The notes under the pieces: model-generated | What the model saw: the letters and a program-made list of their open reading frames with translations, nothing else | Database searches by the model: none | What the model was told of the DNA's origin: nothing | Shown here: positions 55,051 to 62,596 of the stretch, one piece after another | Position numbering within the stretch: the first letter of the stretch is position 1 | Layout of the letters: the number at the start of each line of letters is the position of its first letter | Assembly (NCBI GenBank): GCA_000320545.1 | Contig: ADNK01002681.1 | Location: forward strand, 1-62,596 | Source of the DNA: Bigelowiella natans CCMP2755 | Lineage: Eukaryota > Protista > Cercozoa | DNA length: 62,596 nucleotides | Direction of reading: 5' to 3' | Position numbers and translations under genes: made by a program

Positions 55051-55880
55051 CTCCCTCTCCTCCCTCAGAACTCTTATCCGAGACGGAGAAAACGTGTTCT
55101 GAGATTCAGGTTTGTTTAGTAATGCGAGCCATTATAGAAAGAATACATTCGTTCATGCCTTAGAAGAAGGAGAAGGTGTGATTTGTAACATCATTGATCG
55201 TAGATATGGAAATAGCCCCATTCGCAGCCCAAACAGCCTCCTCTCAACTTCCTCATTCTGATAACACGTATTTACAGCTCGATTTAGACGAGTACGCGAC
55301 AAGGAATAAAGAATACACAGAAGCGGTGATACAACATACATCCATGTTTTGGAGCAATAGTTCCAGTATGCGCTAACGGTTGCGTCGCACACATCAATTG
55401 ATATTGATGATAGTTTCTTTGCCTGGAATTTATTCCACAGCAGCAATGTCCTCACAATATGGATTCACCGTGACATTTTGACAGATTCTTCTTTTTTTCG
55501 CTGCTATATCGATTGCTCTCAATTCATATTTCGGCCAAAAGTGTTTACGTCTGTCTGTGCGTGTGTGTGTGTGTGTGCGTTGCATGGATGACATAGGTGG
55601 CGCAGCGCCCAAAAACGGAAGCAGAGGAGGAGCAGCGTTTCCGACGGGCGATGACGAGTAAGAACGTAGCGTTAGCAAAATAAGCTTTCCAGTCATCTGG
55701 GCCTCTATTTTGATTCGAATTGTGTATCTGTGCTGTTGTTGTCGTCATGACCGTCCCCGTCGTGATTCAGAATACCAAAATGAGATAGATCGATTGAAGA
55801 AAGCCATTGAGGAGGAGAAAGCTAAGCTCAAGACTAAGGGCAAAAAGGGCAGCAGGAGGAAAAAGGCCACGACGACATAG
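53627..55880 (+). CDS. Multi-exon hypothetical protein (hydrophobic N-terminus, helical basic C-terminus)
   Basis: Exon-like segments bounded by AG/GT: IVAVATAVAALFVIAASAWGG, VPEWNEIAERLKSTHYKDN, LDLDEYATRNKEYTEA, VAQRPKTEAEEEQRFRRAMT|KYQNEIDRLKKAIEEEKAKLK...TTT* (55880). No family recognised. Confidence 0.55.
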
Positions 55881-56650
55881 CTTATGAGCAATATTTCATA
55901 AGTACAGTTTGGTTAAGTATAATTCCTTTCATCTACTTGAATCGGAAAAGGTGTCTTTCAAGCATTTCAATACAGCTGAACATCAGCCCTGCGCATCGAT
56001 GTGTAATTGCGAAATGAATGTCAAACGAAAACATTGCCACTGCTCCTACGATACTGCACGTACGTACACCGAGAGAAGCACTGTGGTGCTAACATAAATG
56101 CATCAGGGCCGCCAGCATTGCAATGCTAGCTAGCTAGATATGTGCTGCAGGCCCATTTTGAGTGAATCATTGACCGTTGTTGCATTGCATGTCGCAGCAT
56201 TCGCTGCGTACACCTTAGATCGACATTATGGCCCGTGTGTGTGTATGTGCAGCGGCAGGCAAAATAACAAGTACCCCCGCCACTGCACGCCATCTATCGA
56301 TCAACCAAAATTATGTGATGTGTCTAGCTGCTATATGTGCTCATCCCTCATTTGTTGAAAAATCCAGGCCTGATCGAAGCAAGCTACTAGTAAGTGCATC
56401 GCACTACGCTTCTGCTAGGCTGTTTGACATGCCATTCTAGCGTTGCCAAATTTGTGTAGGCTCTAAGCAAACTGACGCAGCTATATACGCTTGCACAATG
56501 GGCACAGTCATGAGTTATAGTTGAACAGGACTAAGGATTCAATGCTAGAATGGTCGAAACAAGCTGGAGCACTAATAAAGTAGTTCCACTATGTCTATTG
56601 TTTCCAGCATGCCAGTATCGTTAATGAAATTGTTCTGTGTTTGTTAATAC

Positions 56651-57843
56651 ATGCAATCTAGTGATCTAGATGATGTGTTGCTACATTGCCACATCGCAGC
56701 ACGCGCAAGACGACTAAGGGCACAAGGAGACACTTGCATCTATGTACGTACGTGCAGGCAGCGCAGCAAAATTTCGCGTTCAGATCATGAACTAGTGAAG
56801 GTGATGTGTCTTCATTGTTGCACAACAAATTGTTCTCTACATGCATTTCCCTGTGATAACATCCATCTAGCTCAAAAATTTCAGCTTCTTCACAGCTGAC
56901 TTGGCAATTCTGTGACCGTTTTGTGAAACCGCAACAAACTGCTGCTCCTGCCGAATGATTTGGGTCACATGTGTTCTGACCCATTGAAATGCCTTTTTGA
57001 CACCGGTCGCACTTTGCTCAACAGAGTGAACGCGTACTCCACGAATGCCTTTAGACATTGCCCGCAACTGCTGCAGACCCTCATTCCCAACAGAGAGCAA
57101 GACAGCTCTGAAGCCTTTGTGTCTCCGAGCCGCTGCGAGAAGCGCATTGCGAGCGTCAGTAGCCGAGCAGCTCGAACTAGTGTCGTCTCCATCGGTGAGA
57201 AGTATCATGAGAGGGGTGAAGGTACTCTTCGCTTTGAAATCCTCAGCAGCAGACTTCACTGAATCAAACAACGCAGTTGAGCCTCCGCTCTGAGTCTTCG
57301 CCCTCATCTTTTTAACGTTGACCTTATTAGCCTTCACACCAACGAATGCAGTATCGACGTTGTGGTTGAATGCTCTGAATGTCACAAGATCCTTCGGGCG
57401 AAGCACCTTGAGAAGGCTCTCGACGCCGTTAAAAGCCTCCTCGAGCTTTTTCCCGGCCATCGATCCAGATTTATCCACCAGCAATGAGCAGTAGAATGGG
57501 GAGCGTGTTTTCTTCTCGGATGATTTTGTAGTAATGCTCTGGGTGACTTTCATGAAGCCAGTAAACCCTCCTCCTCGTCCTGCATGAGGAATGAGAAAAC
57601 CAGCTCCTCTTCCGCCATTTCCACCTCCGTGGGGGATCAGAGCGCCAGTTCCTCTTCCCCGCCCCTTGCCGCGGCCAGGCTTACGGTGTTTCCTCGTGAA
57701 ATTGTTCTTCTTCATATTGGTTTGTTTTGTGTTGATTAGTAAGTATTTGTTCGTTGAGTTCTGAGTTGTGCTGTTTGAGCCGGCACTGTGCAAATCCTTC
57801 ACACGCGTTCCTTCTTCTTTCTGTTTGCGACCGAGCCGACGCG
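56651..57843 (-). repeat. About 1.2-kb duplicated segment, copy 2 (inverted relative to 41591-42791)
   Basis: The reverse complement matches 41591-42791. Confidence 0.95.
56867..57715 (-). CDS. Intronless 282-aa RGG-like + vWA domain protein (copy 2)
   Basis: Same ORF as 41719-42567. One amino-acid difference (IPL vs IPH) and three synonymous changes were seen. Confidence 0.88.
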   Translation of the reverse strand: MKKNNFTRKHRKPGRGKGRGRGTGALIPHGGGNGGRGAGFLIPHAGRGGGFTGFMKVTQSITTKSSEKKTRSPFYCSLLVDKSGSMAGKKLEEAFNGVESLLKVLRPKDLVTFRAFNHNVDTAFVGVKANKVNVKKMRAKTQSGGSTALFDSVKSAAEDFKAKSTFTPLMILLTDGDDTSSSCSATDARNALLAAARRHKGFRAVLLSVGNEGLQQLRAMSKGIRGVRVHSVEQSATGVKKAFQWVRTHVTQIIRQEQQFVAVSQNGHRIAKSAVKKLKFLS

Positions 57844-58199
57844 AGTGTTGTAATGTTGTTGCGGTCGTATTCTAGGTATAATGCGTGATTTTTGGTGTCG
57901 CACTCTCCTAGTAGCAGGGCTAAGAAAAGCCCTTCATCCATGTCTCTGTGTACCAAACCGCCGTGATTCAGTAGTGCGGCCGTCGTACAAATGCGCTCGT
58001 CTAGGCCAAATTTTGTACGCGACAACGCGATGGTTACAAACTACAGAATTTCGGCTCCGTGCGTGGGAGAAGCAATGCACTTATCTCTCGGTCTCTGGAT
58101 TGTTAGGAAGAAATTTATCGCAAAAACATCGTAAAATGTAATCGCTCTTCAGCGATCGAACCCTGTTCAAAAGCATAAGAAGTGGTGCTGCTGCTGGGT

Positions 58200-58684
58200 A
58201 TGCTCACCCCTGCTGTCCTTTCCCCTCTCCCCTGCCGCTTGAGCTTCCTCTCCAGAGGATTATCGAACCAGCACAGCTTCAACAATATGCGACATACTTC
58301 TCTACATGCGAGGAAGGCAGGGAACCTCGGCGCAGAGAACTGGTTGAAAATAGGGACGAAATGAGTGTGGGAGAGGGGGGGGGGTATGGAGCGAAGCTAA
58401 AGTGGGAAAATGTTATTCATTGTATAAACCTGTAATAGGCCCTCCAAAAGACGATCATCCTTGGCTACGCTTCTCGTTCTATTTCTAGCTCAAAGTTCCA
58501 ACGGTTCTCGCCAGAAACAGAGTTAACGAAGAAGCATGGAGATGACTGTCGTAGACCTGACTAAACATTTTACGCAAACACTTCACGTTGTTTACCCTTT
58601 ACATGTATGATTCCAGTTGCCGTTGCACAGGAGGGAAGCTGCAGCGGCGATAATGTATTAAGCCCATAATCAACACACACACAT

Positions 58685-58736
<52 letters not shown>

Positions 58737-59946
58737 ATATTATATACATATATAAAAGATTACTCTTAACGCTTGGTGGTTTAAAATGTGCTATATTCTA
58801 TCACCTACCCCGTGCAGCCGGCCACATGCGACATCGACGCAGATACGCTAGGCTCGGCCAAGGCACTTTACCAGAAGGGTCTTGGCCTTCTTGACGAGGT
58901 ATATCGAAACGACATCCTAATATTTAAATAAATAATATATTGTATGAAGTATAAATCATCCTCTGTCTCTTCCTCTTCCTCTCTCCTTTCTACGCGTAAG
59001 TTGAAGCGCGTGTATGTATGGTGTGTGCGCATGCTATCCGTGAAAGTGTGCGTACATCTATGCAATTCCACCCTTGTTTTATCACTCATGTATCAGGGCA
59101 ACTTCGCCGCAGCCCAGAGGGAGTTTGAAGAGGCCATCTCAATCCACCCCAAGGTGTCCATGGCTGTTATGCAGCGTTCGTTGTTGTCATGTGTTATCGT
59201 AGGTCAGCGCTGCACTACTTATCCACGCATAACATATACGCACGCAAATCCCTTCTTCTGATGATGATGATCTCTCTTCTCTCAGTATGCAGACGCGTAC
59301 TATCAACTCGGTGTGGTCCGTGCGCAGCAAAACGACCTCAGGGGCTGCGAGAAATGGTAAGGTGGAAGGTGTGATCATGTGCGACCGCTGTGCCATAAAT
59401 GGTCGATTGACAGCGATTTCGCAGCGCCGCCATATGACTTATATATGCGGAATTGACATCACGATGCAATTCGTGAAAGAAGACTGGTGTTACGTATCAT
59501 CGTAGTAGCGTCCTAGTTATCGTCCTTCCTCGCTTTGCTTTGCCGCTGTTTATTGCTTATTCCTATCGTTATCCGCCTCCATTAGGGTACAGAAGGCAAT
59601 CGAAATCAACCCGAACATAGGGCAGTTCTACTCGTAATAACAGCAGAGACACCCCCCCCCCCGTTAGTAGTTGCTACGACCGTATTAACGTACAAAAATG
59701 TCAGCAGAAAATAATAAATCACTCGAAAGCAAGCGATATCACTAGTCTTTATATTTAACACTAAAAACCTGCACAATCACATCTACACACGCACACGCAC
59801 ACGCACAAACACAAACACAAACACAAACACAAACACATTGGTTGTTTGTGGCAAAGAATGTTAGGGATATGCTCCGTGCAGCAAAACAAACTAGCAGCGG
59901 CAGAAATGGCCTTCAGGAAGGTGCAAAAAAGTGACCATAAATCTCA

Positions 59947-59988
<42 letters not shown>

Positions 59989-60090
59989 TTATATATATAA
60001 ATGGGCGAAACAAATATCACATGCACTGTATCATCTAGGCTTCAATGCTCTTGTGCAGGATTCGATTTTCTTTCGGCGAATATATTATCA

Positions 60091-60131
<41 letters not shown>

Positions 60132-60481
60132 TGTATATCCTAAGCCATCACTAAGGTTTGGCATTTCATGGAATTAAGACAACTATTCATGAAACATTTC
60201 TTCTTGCTCAGGCTTCCGAGCTTCTTCCTGAAGATCCATACACTTTCTTCAATCTTGGTGTGATAAGCTGGCCCCAGCTGGGAAAGGGGGAGGGGGGGGG
60301 GGGGGATTGGGTGCTAAGAGCGTAGAGTGTTCATAGCCGTGCTTTGAGTAACCTTGGTTAGCTATATCGTTACAAGAGCGTATTGCTTTTTATCATGTTT
60401 CACATCCAAGGAACTCCCCCTCGCAAGCGAGGAGCATATATAGCATTCTTTGTTTGCTAGAAATATGGCTGGACATGTGCA

Positions 60482-60546
<65 letters not shown>

Positions 60547-61001
60547 TACATAGTTATGATGGAGGTGATAGCTCCTTACATATAACACTGAACCTATATT
60601 TCTTCTCCCCCTCTCTTCATTAGGCATGGTTCTTGAGAAGAGACAAAATTTTGAGGGGGTATGCGAATAAATATTCACGCAATGTTATCGATGATACTCT
60701 CGGGGCCTCCTTTGAGGAACTTTATACGTGTATGGCCTCTGTCTATATGCACGTGGTGCGTGTGCGTGTGTGCGTGTGTGCGTGTGTGCGTGTGTGCAAG
60801 GACCAAATGTTGGGTAGTTGAAATGCATCCCCTTCTTGAGCTTATCAATTGAGAAAACTACTCACGATATAATGGGATTACTACTCGCCATTCTTGCCAT
60901 TGTTGTCTAGGCCGAATACGCGTATCTCAACGCAATAAACATACGGTCGGGTGATAAACGATTCCACATAAAACTGGCTAAGGTACTGATTTCTGCACTG
61001 C

Positions 61002-61054
<53 letters not shown>

Positions 61055-61362
61055 TCTTTCGCATCTTCTTCTTCTTCTTCTTCTTCTTCTTCTTCTTCTT
61101 GAGGGGCGGGTGTTCGGAGTCCTTCTACCCCCCCCCTTCTTAAAACTAGCTGCTTATTGCAGATACAGGTATTACTGTGTCTCCTTGCAACGTCTTCCAC
61201 CGACAAAATTTGTGGCTGCATGTGTAGGTCCTCGAGGAGGAAGGCAAACTGAAGCGCTCGCTTATATACTACGAAAACGCGCTCAAGTTCGACCCGAGCG
61301 ATGCCGATGCAAAGCGGAGCATTGCATCAATACAGCTGAGAATAAGCGCGGCCTCATCATGA
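58200..61362 (+). CDS. Multi-exon tetratricopeptide-repeat (TPR) protein; start uncertain
   Basis: Exons splice to AKALYQKGLGLLDE|GNFAAAQREFEEAISIHPK|YADAYYQLGVVRAQQND...YRRAIEINPNIGQFY...LGICSVQQNKLAAAEMAFRK|ASELLPEDPYTFFNLG...AEYAYLNAINI...VLEEEGKLKRSLIYYENALKFDPSDADAK...* (61362). Confidence 0.88.
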
Positions 61363-61925
61363 GCTGCTAACTAGCTAAGGATATGAGCAGAAACCTTTCA
61401 TCGTTGAGAAGTGCCAGTGGTCGAGTGATGGCTCACTGAGCCACGAATCGACGGTGATTAGGAATGCTCCCTTACTGATATAGCTGATTTAAGCTTTAAT
61501 CAATGCAAAAGTGATTGTATGTTTTGATGTTCCATTCGGATGTCTCGCCGACGCATGACCGTCACAATCTAGCAATGTCAGCACGCAAGCTAGCAGGCAG
61601 CCATGGATCGGAGGAGCATCGACAACGTGCGCTCACCAGCGCGCTAGGGATTTTATGGGATTTGCAGCAACATCTTGTCCGCTAAACACAACGGCGCGGT
61701 CACGCAGTGCAATTCTGTAATGCATCGTTCTGTGCGACGCACATGCGGAGCTTTTCTTCTGTGTACGTACACACACGTACTATGGCTACATAATTATACA
61801 TGTGCAAAACCTACTAGAAGTGGTACATAACGGTCCATTTTCTTTTTGATCTTAACATGCATGCTCGTTAGAAGCTACTACGACTCCTCTACTTTTGAGA
61901 CGGATGCTACTACTACTCCTCTACT

Positions 61926-62549
61926 TATACCAGGTGCAACTCTAAGCTTCCTAATTCATTATCTTCGTTATCAGTCGCAGTCCATGAACGCGAGACAGAA
62001 AAAGTCCTGAATGTGCATTATTACGCTTCAAAATACGCTTCAAAATATGACTCTGTTTGTACTCTTCATTGTCACAAAAAAAAGGCAACTTTGGGAGAAT
62101 AATAACATCATCCTCACTTCTTTGCAAATTGGTTGTCCTTCGGTTTTAAACTTGGCAATGCTCTCCCGTATATCCTATGGAATGGAAAGCTACGTGAGCC
62201 GACGTTCAGCACCAGAGAGTGTGCGCATGTGCGTGTGTGCATTCACAGAATACACATAAAATGCATCACCTTGAGAGTTTGTCTGTCTCCCCTGTTGTCA
62301 GTTGAAATAATGGGCAGGTAAGCACAGATCACACACCAAACGTAGTGCAGAGGCAGACGACGAAACGGATATGAATAGGAGAATGTCAAAACGAGTGAGC
62401 AAATGATACATATATGTTTGCAAACACACACACACACATACACACATATGTACTGTACCGTGACTGCTGCACTAGAAAGATTAACGCCACAACTTCGTCA
62501 AAGTCAACAAAACCATCATGGTCTGTGTCCAGTCGGTGGAATACTTCAT
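61926..62549 (-). CDS. 3' exons of an EF-hand protein entering from the right edge
   Basis: Exon at about 62549-62459 reads EVFHRLDTDHDGFVDFDEVVALI, a canonical EF loop (DxDxDGxxxxxE), flanked by AG/GT. Downstream exons and the stop are uncertain. Confidence 0.55.
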
Positions 62550-62596
62550 CTAATCATTACATATACACAGAAAGAAGGGGGGGGGGGGGGGGGGGG

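Noticed and set aside
41591-57843. A single 16-kb transposon with 1.2-kb terminal inverted repeats
   Set aside because: The interior holds ordinary intron-rich host genes and no transposase, and no TSD was seen at the outer ends. Dispersed duplication is simpler, though not proven.

Overview
Gene-dense eukaryotic nuclear DNA from a protist with many short GT-AG introns packed with microsatellites. The bipartite leader on the IleRS suggests a secondary-plastid alga, most like a chlorarachniophyte (inference). Manual exon stitching supports about 15 protein genes and one tRNA. In order: a GT4+GT2 bifunctional glycosyltransferase (-, runs off the left edge), organellar isoleucyl-tRNA synthetase (-), a membrane-anchored protein with a Cys-less peroxiredoxin-5-like domain (+), an intronless ankyrin/coiled-coil protein (+), an FMO/BVMO-type monooxygenase (-), tRNA-Lys(UUU), a PPR-like protein (+), an intronless SnoaL/NTF2-like protein (-), an ETX/MTX2-aerolysin-like pore-forming protein (-), two near-identical inverted intronless copies of an RGG+vWA gene about 14 kb apart, an FAD-dependent pyridine-nucleotide oxidoreductase (-), an EEP-family phosphoesterase (+), two hypothetical proteins, a TPR protein (+) and the 3' end of an EF-hand gene (-). 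The most striking non-genic signal is a set of intergenic blocks (about 7.5-9.2, 21.5-22.3 and 35.9-36.5 kb, weaker elsewhere). In them TpA is almost erased, survives mainly inside CTAG, and TG/CA are abundant while CpG is retained. Small indels and duplications also cluster on CTAG. This fits an inverse-RIP-like A-to-G hypermutation acting on TA(not G) in silent DNA, which is an inference. All exon boundaries and counts were made by eye and are approximate.
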